Assembly (NCBI GenBank): GCA_030167145.1
Contig: CP126532.1
Coordinates: forward strand, 960,001 to 992,000
Direction of reading: 5' to 3'
From: Ktedonobacterales bacterium
Lineage (GTDB): Bacteria > Chloroflexota > Ktedonobacteria > Ktedonobacterales > JADMIN01
Length of the DNA stretch: 32,000 bases
The notes beneath the pieces were generated by a model that ran no database searches, was not told the DNA's origin, and saw nothing but the letters and a program-made list of their open reading frames with translations. This document shows positions 16,097-24,253 of the stretch, piece by piece. How positions within the stretch are numbered: the stretch's first letter is position 1; each line of letters starts with the position of its first letter. Position numbers and translations under genes: made by a program.

Positions 16097-16270
16097 ATGG
16101 CGAAAACGAAACGCTCAAAGACAACCGCGCGGCGTCCTATGTCACCTGATGTCATCCTTGATCTGCGCCAGACACGCGAGAGCGTCAGCGGTGGCCGCAC
16201 GCTGTCAGACTCCACTGAGATCATCCGGCGCATGCGCGAAGAACGCTCAGAATACTTGGGAACCTTATAG
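16097..16270 (+). CDS. small hypothetical protein with VapB-antitoxin-like C-terminal tail (orphan; start uncertain)
   Basis: MAKTKRSKTTARRPMSPDVILDLRQTRESVSGGRTLSDSTEIIRRMREERSEYLGTL. The tail resembles the toxin-binding ...LIxxLRDEE end of VapB-type antitoxins. GC3 is lower than in neighbours. No SD, and no PIN gene follows. Confidence 0.3.
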   Translation: MAKTKRSKTTARRPMSPDVILDLRQTRESVSGGRTLSDSTEIIRRMREERSEYLGTL

Positions 16271-16294
16271 GCTAATCGGTATAGGTTAATCGGT
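16267..16294. repeat. tandem duplication 2 x 14 nt (ataggctaatcggt / ataggttaatcggt)
   Basis: Read directly, 13/14 identical. The first unit contains the stop codon of the small ORF. Confidence 0.9.
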
Positions 16295-16364
16295 GAGGGA
16301 GAAGGGGTCAGCGGTGACGCGCCCGCCGCCCCTCCATCATGCGGTTGCGTGCAAGCCGCACGCG

Positions 16365-16553
16365 CTACGTGGCCATCGCCTGCGGAGACGCCTTTGCAGT
16401 GTCCTCGCTCATGACGTAATATTCATCCGTCACGTCGCAGGCAACCTCTTCGTTGTCGCGCCCGCGCGAAATCAGCCGGATGAAGAACATCATCAGACAG
16501 AACACAAAGGCCCAGAAAGCGACGACCAGCAAGACGAAGATGACAGTTCCCAT
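16365..16553 (-). CDS. possible small membrane protein (62 aa)
   Basis: MGTVIFVLLVVAFWAFVFCLMMFFIRLISRGRDNEEVACDVTDEYYVMSEDTAKASPQAMAT: one clear TM helix followed by an acidic tail. GAGGGA-like SD upstream. Lies 80 nt downstream of the MFS gene on the same strand. The rest of the 219-aa track ORF is shadow sequence. Confidence 0.35.
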   Translation of the reverse strand: MGTVIFVLLVVAFWAFVFCLMMFFIRLISRGRDNEEVACDVTDEYYVMSEDTAKASPQAMAT

Positions 16554-16633
16554 GACATGCCATCCCTCTCTCAAGGCGCGGTGGCCTTCTCCGCGCACCC
16601 CCATTGTACCCCATGCCATAGCGGGCGGCAATG

Positions 16634-17935
16634 TTATGACGACTTCCCATTCACCAGCGCCCCGAACGCCGCGCGTGGTGGCAGCAACGCCGCCAGCACC
16701 GCCAGCACACCGCCCGCCAGCGCCACCGGAAGGAACGCCAGCGCCGGCAGACCGAACCTGTCCCACAGCGCGCCGCCCAGCAGCGGCCCCACAAACGCCA
16801 GCCCATAGCTCAGCGTCAGCGTCATCCCCGTCAGCCGCGCCACCTCGCCCGGACGCGCCAGCAGCGGCGGCAGCGCAAAGCCCAGCGTGAAGATCAGTGC
16901 CGAACTGGCGCCCATCAGCGCCGCCCAGAGTGGCTCCAGTGGCGCGGGCGCGACTAGCCATCCGATGACCGCCACTACCGAGATCAACCCAGCGATGATG
17001 AACGGCGATTTTCTGCCCACCCACGCCTGTGCCACGAAGGTCACCGCCAGGCTCAGTGGCAACTGCGCCGCGTTCAGCGCCACCAGGGCCACCGGTGTCA
17101 GCGCCGCCCGCCCCACCGCCGCGTTATAGCTCGGAATCCAGGCGTTCATGCCGAAATACACCAGACTGCCCGCCCCCAGCATGACCCCCAAATGCGGCGC
17201 ACTTACTCGTCTGCCCTGCGTTTTTCCTTTCCCCGCATCCTCTTCACTGCTGGCCGCGTCATACGTGCGCGCCTCGCCTTTGCGCGCAGCAACACGCATC
17301 ACCGGCGCGGGCGGCGCGAAGCCCAGCCACAGCGCCAGCGTCACCAGCACCGGCACACCCCAGAAGATCAGCGTCTGCGCCCAGCCGTCGCCGCCGAAGA
17401 ATTGTCGCATCAGCGGCGCCGTCACGCCCGCGCTCACCGTCTCGCCAATAATCAGCCCATCGGTGAAGAGCGCCGATACCACCCCAATGCGCAGCGGAAA
17501 CCATTGCCGCGTCAGCACGGGAACCGCCGTCTGGCCCGCCGCGATGCCCAGGCTCAGCAGGAATGTGAATACGAAGAGCGGAACCGCCTCCGGCCAGAGG
17601 CCGCGCGCCATCGCACCCGCCGCCAGCAGCGCCAGCCCCCACGCCACGCTCGCACGCGCGCCGATCCGCGTCACCAGCCACCCCGCCGCCATCGCCGCGC
17701 CCGCCATCACCAGAATCGGCAGCCCCGTCAGCAGCCCCGTCGCAGTATAGCTCAGCCCCAGGTCGTGGCTGATCAGTGGCAGCACCGGCGGCACACCCAG
17801 AATTACTACCCGCAGCGCGATGCCCACCAGCGTCAGCAGCGCGCACGTGACCACCAAACGCCAGGTCAGCCCGCCGCTATGCGCCCCAGCCTCAATATTC
17901 TGAACTTCGTGAACTTCGCGCGCCTCTGATCGCAT
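16634..17935 (-). CDS. MFS transporter (CynX/NimT-like)
   Basis: 433 aa, 12-TM pattern with a central hydrophilic loop. The N-terminal half resembles the cyanate-permease-type MFS subfamily. Confidence 0.85.
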   Translation of the reverse strand: MRSEAREVHEVQNIEAGAHSGGLTWRLVVTCALLTLVGIALRVVILGVPPVLPLISHDLGLSYTATGLLTGLPILVMAGAAMAAGWLVTRIGARASVAWGLALLAAGAMARGLWPEAVPLFVFTFLLSLGIAAGQTAVPVLTRQWFPLRIGVVSALFTDGLIIGETVSAGVTAPLMRQFFGGDGWAQTLIFWGVPVLVTLALWLGFAPPAPVMRVAARKGEARTYDAASSEEDAGKGKTQGRRVSAPHLGVMLGAGSLVYFGMNAWIPSYNAAVGRAALTPVALVALNAAQLPLSLAVTFVAQAWVGRKSPFIIAGLISVVAVIGWLVAPAPLEPLWAALMGASSALIFTLGFALPPLLARPGEVARLTGMTLTLSYGLAFVGPLLGGALWDRFGLPALAFLPVALAGGVLAVLAALLPPRAAFGALVNGKSS

Positions 17936-18053
17936 ACGCTCTTCCCCGGCATTTCGCCGTTCAATTCATCTGACATATCTCTGCATCGTATCGTAACGAT
18001 CTGTTCGGTCCCAACGCGACATGCCGCCCTATGCCCCCGATGCCCTATAGGAA

Positions 18054-18082
18054 TTGACAGCTACCACATCCTCCCGTACAAT
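18054..18082 (+). promoter_or_regulatory. near-consensus sigma70 promoter TTGACA-N17-TACAAT
   Basis: TTGACA at 18054-18059, a 17 nt spacer, TACAAT at 18077-18082. It lies about 95 nt upstream of the SBP start. The leader contains the CTGTGCG...CGCACAG inverted repeat and SD GAGGGGGA. Confidence 0.7.
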
Positions 18083-18178
18083 CGCAGGACGCAGCACCAT
18101 TGTGTGTACGACGCCTTGCCCTGCTGTGCGCGAGCCGATTTCTGGCCGCCGCACAGAGCGGCACAATGAGGGGGATCC

Positions 18179-20116
18179 ATGGTTGGGTTGCATCCTGTGC
18201 GGCAGAACGCCTCATCGAACAGTCGCAGAAATACCCGCCCGGTTGGCATAATCTCACGTGTTCTCATCACCCTGGCCGGTCTGGCCGCACTATTGCTCAC
18301 CGCCTGCGCGGGCCAGGGCGGCGGGCAGGCGCCCCTGGCAGCAAATCAAGTCTTCACTTGGCCGTATGTGCCGCCGCCAATCGGCGCGACCTCCATTCTC
18401 GACGGCCAGGACTTTGACCCTGCGATAGCGCAGTACGCTAACGACTCCGGCACGATAGGCATGCTCTACGCTGGCCTTGTCTCCTATGATAGCAACCTCA
18501 ACGTCGTGGGCGATGCGGCGCTCAAATGGGAGGTCTCGAACAACGGCACCACCTACACCTTCCACCTGCGCCCGAACCTCAAGTTCAGCGACGGCTCACC
18601 GCTGACCGCCGCCGACTATGCATACAGCATTGACCGCGCGCTCGACCCCGCGCTCTGCACCAGTGAACTGGGCGATTCGCAGACCTATGCAGTCAAGCCC
18701 TCTCCTGACACCGCGCTCTGTTACGGAACAGTGATTGATCCGGCCAATCCAAATTCTGGTCCGGTTTATGTCGTCAATTATCTCAACCATATTCTCGGCG
18801 CGAATGCCCGGATCAGCGGTCAGGGCGGCAGCGATCACTCGCTGGTAGGCACCGGCAACGACACCCAGCACGGCCTCGTCGTAGTGGATCCGCAGACGCT
18901 GGTCATCCGGCTGGATAGCCCCGTTGCCTACTTCCTCGAAGCGCTCACCTATCCCATCTCGTATCCTGTCGAGAAGTCGCTGGTCGAGAAATATAAGGGC
19001 GGCACGTGGGTCTACCATCTGGACGAGGGCGGCTGTTCTGGCCCCTTCAAGGTGAAGTCATACGGCAATGGCCAGAATCTGCAACTGGTGCCCAATACCT
19101 ACTGGGAGCAGGCCTGGGGCAAGCAACTCAAGCTCAGCGAAGTGGATCGCCCTTTCGAAGCATCCGTTGATAACTCCTATGCCGACTATCGCTCTGGCAA
19201 GTACGATTTCACCAGTGTGCCAGGCAAGGCCTACTCCTTCGCTCGCGGCCAGGAAGACTTCAACGAAGTGCCAACCCTCCAGACTGACTATTTCCAGGTG
19301 AACTGGAGTCAGCCGCCATTCAACAATCTGAAAGTGCGCCAAGCCTTCGACCTCGCCCTCAACAAGCAATACCTTGTAGACTCGATCTACAATGGCGGCG
19401 AGGTACCGACCAACCACATCGTGCCGCGTGGCATGCCCGGCTTCAACGCCACATTGGTCAACCCGCCGCCAGACGGCACACAATCGCTCACCGGCAACCA
19501 GAGCGCCGCTCAGACGTTGATGAAACAGGTGGTTACCGACTGCAAGGCCCAGGAAGCACAGCAGGCGCAGCAGCCCCCGACCAACCCGCCAACCACATCA
19601 GTTGCGCCGGAGTGCGCGTTCGTTGACTCAGGCGCGCAATCACAGCCAATCTCCTTCTGGGTTGGGCCGACCAATCAGACGCGCGTAGATCTGATGAACG
19701 CTGCCGTTGCCCAGTGGAATCAGGTACTTGGCTTGAATGTGCACGCCAAGGTGCAGAGCAACAAGTGCGTCAACGACATTAACAATGTGTGCCAGGGGTG
19801 GATTATCGGCTGGGTTGCCGACTATCCTGACCCTCAAGATTTCTTGTCATTGCAGTTCCGCTCCGCCAATTCTGGTCATGTGCAGAACAACGATATGAAC
19901 AAGCTGTTCGACGCCGCCGATGTAGACCAGAGCGCCAACCGTATGCAGGACTACTACAAGGCCGAGCAGATGGCGGTTGACAATGTCGCCTGGATCCCCT
20001 ATGGTCAGGCCAAGCTCTTCTGGCGTCAGCGCACCTGGGTCCACGGCTTCGGCTTGAACCCGCTCTACCTCGTCGTAGATACTGCCTGGGTCAACGTCTA
20101 CATCACACAGCATTAG
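18179..20116 (+). CDS. ABC transporter substrate-binding lipoprotein, family 5 (OppA/DppA/NikA-like)
   Basis: 645 aa with lipobox LLLTAC-AGQGG. Family-5 signature region ALKWEVSNNGTTYTFHLRPNLKFSDGSPLTAADYAYSIDRALDP. Confidence 0.88.
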   Translation: MVGLHPVRQNASSNSRRNTRPVGIISRVLITLAGLAALLLTACAGQGGGQAPLAANQVFTWPYVPPPIGATSILDGQDFDPAIAQYANDSGTIGMLYAGLVSYDSNLNVVGDAALKWEVSNNGTTYTFHLRPNLKFSDGSPLTAADYAYSIDRALDPALCTSELGDSQTYAVKPSPDTALCYGTVIDPANPNSGPVYVVNYLNHILGANARISGQGGSDHSLVGTGNDTQHGLVVVDPQTLVIRLDSPVAYFLEALTYPISYPVEKSLVEKYKGGTWVYHLDEGGCSGPFKVKSYGNGQNLQLVPNTYWEQAWGKQLKLSEVDRPFEASVDNSYADYRSGKYDFTSVPGKAYSFARGQEDFNEVPTLQTDYFQVNWSQPPFNNLKVRQAFDLALNKQYLVDSIYNGGEVPTNHIVPRGMPGFNATLVNPPPDGTQSLTGNQSAAQTLMKQVVTDCKAQEAQQAQQPPTNPPTTSVAPECAFVDSGAQSQPISFWVGPTNQTRVDLMNAAVAQWNQVLGLNVHAKVQSNKCVNDINNVCQGWIIGWVADYPDPQDFLSLQFRSANSGHVQNNDMNKLFDAADVDQSANRMQDYYKAEQMAVDNVAWIPYGQAKLFWRQRTWVHGFGLNPLYLVVDTAWVNVYITQH

Positions 20117-20143
20117 GCCCGTATCGTCTGCGATGCGACCACA

Positions 20144-20176
20144 GCCAGGGCGTCCTCGTGGCGTCCTGGCTTTTGG
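20144..20176 (+). terminator. rho-independent terminator after the SBP gene
   Basis: Stem GCCAGGGCG / GCGTCCTGGC (imperfect) followed by TTTTGG. Confidence 0.55.
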
Positions 20177-20191
20177 TTATCTTCCGCGCGC

Positions 20192-20221
20192 TTGACGCCC
20201 CTTCGCACCACGTTCTACGAT
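20192..20221 (+). promoter_or_regulatory. candidate promoter TTGACG-N18-TACGAT upstream of the peptidase gene
   Basis: Hexamers read directly. Implies a leader of about 150 nt. Confidence 0.4.
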
Positions 20222-20373
20222 TCAGCGTGCGCCCGGCGCGCCGATTGCATCCGCCAGCAGCACAACTCCTACGCATCAACACCTAACCTCGCCATGGCAC
20301 GTATAGTGGTATATACGGCATCTTCCTCGTGTGAACTTGTCCGCTACATCTCTGACCGGAGGCTCCTCCTAAC

Positions 20374-21678
20374 ATGACCATATTCGACTCCGAGCATGGA
20401 AGCCCGACGCCATCGAGTGAACACCGCTCCGCGCAGGCCGGGCAGGGCGTCATGCAACTTGTCATGACTTCTGTTCTTGTCATTATCGCCTTTACTGCTG
20501 GCTGGTTTGGCAATAGCTACGTCAACCACAACATCACCGCCACCGGCGACCAGCAGACCGTGCTCCAGGCGTGGAATCTCATCAACCAGCGCTATGTCAA
20601 TGTGTCTGCCATCAATCAGCAGAAGATGGCCTACGCCGCCATCAACGCCATCGTCACCACCCTCGGCGATACCGGCCACTCGCGTTTTGAGACCCCCGAA
20701 CAATTTGCCCAGGAGACCAAAGAGCTACAGAGCGCGCAAAGCTCCGGCATCGGTGTGCTGCTCACCGGTGGTGGCGACCAGCCGCTGATTATCGAAGCGG
20801 TGTTCCCCGGCTCGCCAGCCTCCAAAGTCAACGTCAAGGCGGGCGACATCATCGTGGCCGTCAACGGCACGGATATACGCGGCAAGACGATAGATCAGGT
20901 GCGCCCGCTGATCGTCGGCAAGGACGGCACCCAGGTCACGCTTACCCTCATCCGCCCCAGCGCCAGCGCCACGGCCACTTTCGATGTCACCATCACACGC
21001 GGCGCGTACACTTTCTCCACGGTGGACAGCTATATCATTCCTGGCGTCAACATCGCCTACATCCACATCAACGAATTCACGCAAGACGCCGACAACCAGC
21101 TTCGCGACGCCCTGAAGCAGGCGCAGGATAAACATGTCGCGGGCATCATCCTCGACCTGCGCGACAACCCCGGCGGCTATCTAGACCAGGCGCAGAGCGT
21201 CTCCAGTGAATTCATCGCAGCGGGCCAGGGCAAGAACGTCCTCATCGAAAAGACCCGCGACAGCCAGCAGGCGCTACCCGTCAAGCCCGGCGGCCTCGCC
21301 ACTACCACACCCCTCGCCATTCTCGTCAACGGCGACACTGCCAGCGCCGCCGAGATCACCGCTGGCGCCATCAACATCAACCGTCCTCAGGTCGAAGTTA
21401 TTGGCGAAACCACCTTCGGCACCGGCACCATCCTGCAGACGTTCCAGCTCAACGACGGCTCAGCGCTGGTCCTCGGCACCGAAGAATGGCTCCTTCCCAA
21501 CGGCCAGTCTGTCTACGGCAAGGGTTATCAGCCCGATCAGAAAGTCACCCTGCCCAGTGGTGTGGCCCCGCTGCAAGCTATCGCCGCCCAGCAGCAAAAT
21601 CTCAGCCTCGCCCAAATCCAACAATCCGGCGATACTCAACTTCTCGCCGCCATCAACGACCTCACCGGCCAGAAATAG
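20374..21678 (+). CDS. S41-family C-terminal processing peptidase (Ctp/Prc-like) with PDZ domain
   Basis: N-terminal TM anchor, PDZ (GIGVLL...GSPASKVNVKAGDIIVAVNG), S41 motifs ILDLRDNPGGYL and VNGDTASAAEI. Confidence 0.93.
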   Translation: MTIFDSEHGSPTPSSEHRSAQAGQGVMQLVMTSVLVIIAFTAGWFGNSYVNHNITATGDQQTVLQAWNLINQRYVNVSAINQQKMAYAAINAIVTTLGDTGHSRFETPEQFAQETKELQSAQSSGIGVLLTGGGDQPLIIEAVFPGSPASKVNVKAGDIIVAVNGTDIRGKTIDQVRPLIVGKDGTQVTLTLIRPSASATATFDVTITRGAYTFSTVDSYIIPGVNIAYIHINEFTQDADNQLRDALKQAQDKHVAGIILDLRDNPGGYLDQAQSVSSEFIAAGQGKNVLIEKTRDSQQALPVKPGGLATTTPLAILVNGDTASAAEITAGAININRPQVEVIGETTFGTGTILQTFQLNDGSALVLGTEEWLLPNGQSVYGKGYQPDQKVTLPSGVAPLQAIAAQQQNLSLAQIQQSGDTQLLAAINDLTGQK

Positions 21679-21697
21679 CCCGTGCCGCTGCCCGTTC

Positions 21698-21722
21698 ACC
21701 CCTTCTCTCGTAGAGAAGGGGT
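21698..21722. terminator. perfect 11-bp hairpin between convergent genes (possible bidirectional terminator)
   Basis: ACCCCTTCTCT-cgt-AGAGAAGGGGT. There is no U-tract on either strand, so its function as an intrinsic terminator is uncertain. Confidence 0.45.
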
Positions 21723-21734
21723 CGGGGGGTAGGT

Positions 21735-22490
21735 TTATGGCCGCGACGCCATCTCCAGCCAGCGTCGCAGCGCATCCGCCAGCGCATCGGGGGCTTCGAC
21801 CTGCACGTAATGCCCCGCGTTCGCAATCGTCACCAACGTCGCGTGCGCCAGATGGTCGCTCAGATACGTCGCATACTTCGGTGGCGTCAACCGGTCCGAC
21901 TCACCCACCACTACCAGCGCACTCTGCGACACCCGCCCCAATTCACTCATCATATCGAATACGTCGCACGCCGCCAGGTCGCGGTACAGCATCCCTGGCG
22001 CGGTCGGCTGCTGTGCCCGCGCATAGTCCTCTGCTTGCGCCGCATGCTCCGGCGCGAAGCCTAACGGCCCAATCTGGCGCTTCGCCTCCGCTGGGTCGTT
22101 CTTCGCGGTATCCAGCAGCGCAGGCAGCACGCGCAGCCGTGCCCCCGACCCCACCAACACAATCCGGCTCACCAGCGATGGATGGTCCGACGCCAGGCGC
22201 AGCGCAATCGCGCTCCCCAGCGAATGCCCCACCAGGCAGACATTGCTAAGCCCTTGCCGCATCAGCGTCGCGCGCACGCCATCCGCGTAATCCGCCACGC
22301 CCATTGCGCTGGGGCCGGGCCGCTCGATCTGCGCGCCGTGCCCCGGCAGGTCCAGCGCCACGCAATGATACTCCGGCAAGCGCGCCATCAATTCAGTCCA
22401 TGCCCGCGCTGAATCTCCGCTCCCATGTATGAACACCAGCGTCGGCCGTTCGCGCTCGCTGGATTGTTGCCCCATACCGTGCTGTGCCAT
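21735..22490 (-). CDS. alpha/beta-fold hydrolase
   Basis: HG oxyanion motif (LVFIHGSGDS), nucleophile elbow GHSLGS, and a C-terminal His region (NAGHYVQVE). Confidence 0.9.
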   Translation of the reverse strand: MAQHGMGQQSSERERPTLVFIHGSGDSARAWTELMARLPEYHCVALDLPGHGAQIERPGPSAMGVADYADGVRATLMRQGLSNVCLVGHSLGSAIALRLASDHPSLVSRIVLVGSGARLRVLPALLDTAKNDPAEAKRQIGPLGFAPEHAAQAEDYARAQQPTAPGMLYRDLAACDVFDMMSELGRVSQSALVVVGESDRLTPPKYATYLSDHLAHATLVTIANAGHYVQVEAPDALADALRRWLEMASRP

Positions 22491-22786
22491 CGTCTTCTAT
22501 CGTCCTTTTACCGCAATCTTTGCCAATCTTTGCCGCAGTCAACACACACGCTTGCTGCGGCCACCTTCCTACCAAACGTATCCGAGCATGACATGTACCG
22601 CGCTCATGACGAGTGGGTGATAGGCATCGCCACTTTGTACCATTCTTCCGCTCCCCAATCCCACTCCCAAACCACACCGCCCAGCGGCGACCTTGCCACC
22701 CAGAGCGCCGCCCATGCGTAGTCTCAAGTAGTGTGGTGGCGTCACGTGCCGCCCGGCAGAAACGCTACCAGCAGGGGAGGCGCCCA

Positions 22787-23170
22787 GTGCCAGAGAACGG
22801 AACAGCCCGCAAGCGGCTCGGCGATGCGGGCGAGCGGCTTGCCGCTGCCTGGCTCGAAGCCCATGGCTACCACGTGCTGGCGCGCAACTGGCGCTGCCCC
22901 TATGGCGAGCTTGACCTGATTGCCGAGCGCGACGGCGAACTGGTCTTCGTCGAAGTCAAAACCCGCCGTGGCGAGCGCATGGGTGCGCCCGAAGAAGCGA
23001 TTACACCGACAAAGCGGCGGCGTCTCATTGCCTCCACCCTGAGCTATCTCGCGGAGCAGGGCGCTGAAGACCACCCCTACCGCATAGACGTGCTCGCCGT
23101 TGCCCTCGCGCCATCAGGAACATTACTCGGCATCCGCCACTATCCGGCGTCTATCGCCGAAGAGGAGTAG
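22787..23170 (+). CDS. yraN: YraN-family (UPF0102) endonuclease-like protein
   Basis: GERLAAAWLEAHGYHVLARNWRCPYGELDLIAERDGELVFVEVKTRR is the family core. Start placed at GTG 22787, 6 nt after SD GGGGAGG. The upstream part of the track ORF is rejected. Confidence 0.85.
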   Translation: MPENGTARKRLGDAGERLAAAWLEAHGYHVLARNWRCPYGELDLIAERDGELVFVEVKTRRGERMGAPEEAITPTKRRRLIASTLSYLAEQGAEDHPYRIDVLAVALAPSGTLLGIRHYPASIAEEE

Positions 23171-23176
23171 ACATCC

Positions 23177-23599
23177 ATGCAAGACCTGTTCGAGAATGCC
23201 AAACGCGCCGCCAATACCGCCGTTGAGCGCGCCGCCTGGGAGGCTGACAAAATGCGCCGCGCCACCGCGCGCCAGCGCGAGATGGACCTCGCCCAGCGCG
23301 AGCGCGCGACCCTGATCGAGCAATTGGCCATTGTCGTGCTCGACCTGGATAAGCGCGGGCAGCTCACCCAGGACGCCCTCAAGATGCTCGCCCAGCGCCT
23401 GCGCATCCTGGATAGCGATATCGCCACCGGCCAATCTGACATCCAGACCATCCGCAGCGAAACCTTCAAGCCCGGCACCATCTCCATCCAGGTCACGCGC
23501 ACGAACGTTCCCGAGGCGCAAATGCCCTGTCCCACCTGTGGCAAGCTCATTCGCCAGAGCGCCTCGTTCTGCCCATCCTGCGGCGCGCGCCTGAACTGA
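23177..23599 (+). CDS. coiled-coil protein with C-terminal zinc ribbon
   Basis: 140 aa. The N-terminal ~100 aa are heptad-like and charged. C-terminus is CPTCG-x12-CPSCG. Starts 6 nt after the yraN stop. Confidence 0.65.
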   Translation: MQDLFENAKRAANTAVERAAWEADKMRRATARQREMDLAQRERATLIEQLAIVVLDLDKRGQLTQDALKMLAQRLRILDSDIATGQSDIQTIRSETFKPGTISIQVTRTNVPEAQMPCPTCGKLIRQSASFCPSCGARLN

Positions 23600-23629
23600 G
23601 ACCTGAACTGAGCCGCAACATGGTATATA

Positions 23630-24247
23630 ATGTCCATCTTGGAGAACATTGCCGCATACTGGAAGCCTGAACCCATAATGCCCACACCCAAGATGAACAG
23701 CATGCCAGATCTCACCACTCCCAGCGGGAGCGCCACCACCAGCGCCCCAGTGGAGTTACAGAGCGCCTCCGTTGCCGAAACACGTCAGCTTGGCGAACTA
23801 CTTGGCCGCCTGCTCGCATCCGGTGACCTCATCCTCTTGCGCGGCAACCTTGGCGCGGGCAAAACCGCCTTCACGCAAGGTGTCGCCTGCGGGCTAGGCA
23901 TCACCGCCCCCGTCAACAGCCCCACGTTCACCGTGCTGAAGGAATACGCCGGACGCCTCCCGCTCTACCATTTCGATCTCTACCGGATCGAAGGCCCTGG
24001 CGAGCTATTCGATCTTGGCTTCGAAGACTACTTCCTCGGCGCGGGCGTCTCCATCGTCGAGTGGGCCGAGCGAGGCGCAACGGACGATGCTACCGCCGCC
24101 TGGCCCAACGACTGGCTGCGCGTCACCTTCACCACCACCGGCCCCGACACGCGCCTGCTGCGCTGCGATGCCGTAGGCGAGCGCGGGCGCGCCCTGCTCG
24201 CCGCCTTCGCGTGCGCCGCCGAAGACGACCAGCGGAAGGCGGGCTAG
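23630..24247 (+). CDS. tsaE: tRNA t6A37 biosynthesis ATPase TsaE (start uncertain; ATGs at 23678, 23693 and 23702 are alternatives)
   Basis: P-loop GNLGAGKTAF, SPTFT, YHFDLYR, VEWAE motifs of the YjeE/TsaE family. Confidence 0.9.
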   Translation: MSILENIAAYWKPEPIMPTPKMNSMPDLTTPSGSATTSAPVELQSASVAETRQLGELLGRLLASGDLILLRGNLGAGKTAFTQGVACGLGITAPVNSPTFTVLKEYAGRLPLYHFDLYRIEGPGELFDLGFEDYFLGAGVSIVEWAERGATDDATAAWPNDWLRVTFTTTGPDTRLLRCDAVGERGRALLAAFACAAEDDQRKAG

Positions 24248-24253
24248 TCATCC

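Noticed and set aside
16293-17024. ORFs 16293-16808 (plus) and the upstream 157 codons of 16365-17024 (minus), considered as the missing toxin partner of the VapB-like ORF
   Set aside because: No PIN or other toxin motifs. Composition is shadow-frame-like, and both overlap the well-supported MFS gene.
20295-20310. TGGCAC-N5-GTGG resembling a sigma54 -24/-12 promoter upstream of the peptidase gene
   Set aside because: The -12 element (TTGC[A/T]) is not present, and there is no enhancer-binding protein gene nearby.
20355-20373. GGAGG-ct-CCTCC just upstream of the peptidase start, considered as an SD-sequestering hairpin
   Set aside because: The stem is at most 4 bp with a 4-nt loop, too small to be meaningful without other evidence.
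21206-22249. 347-aa Pro/Ser/Ala-rich plus-strand ORF spanning the peptidase 3' end and the hydrolase gene
   Set aside because: Alternate frame of the S41 peptidase and antisense of the alpha/beta hydrolase. Low-complexity composition.
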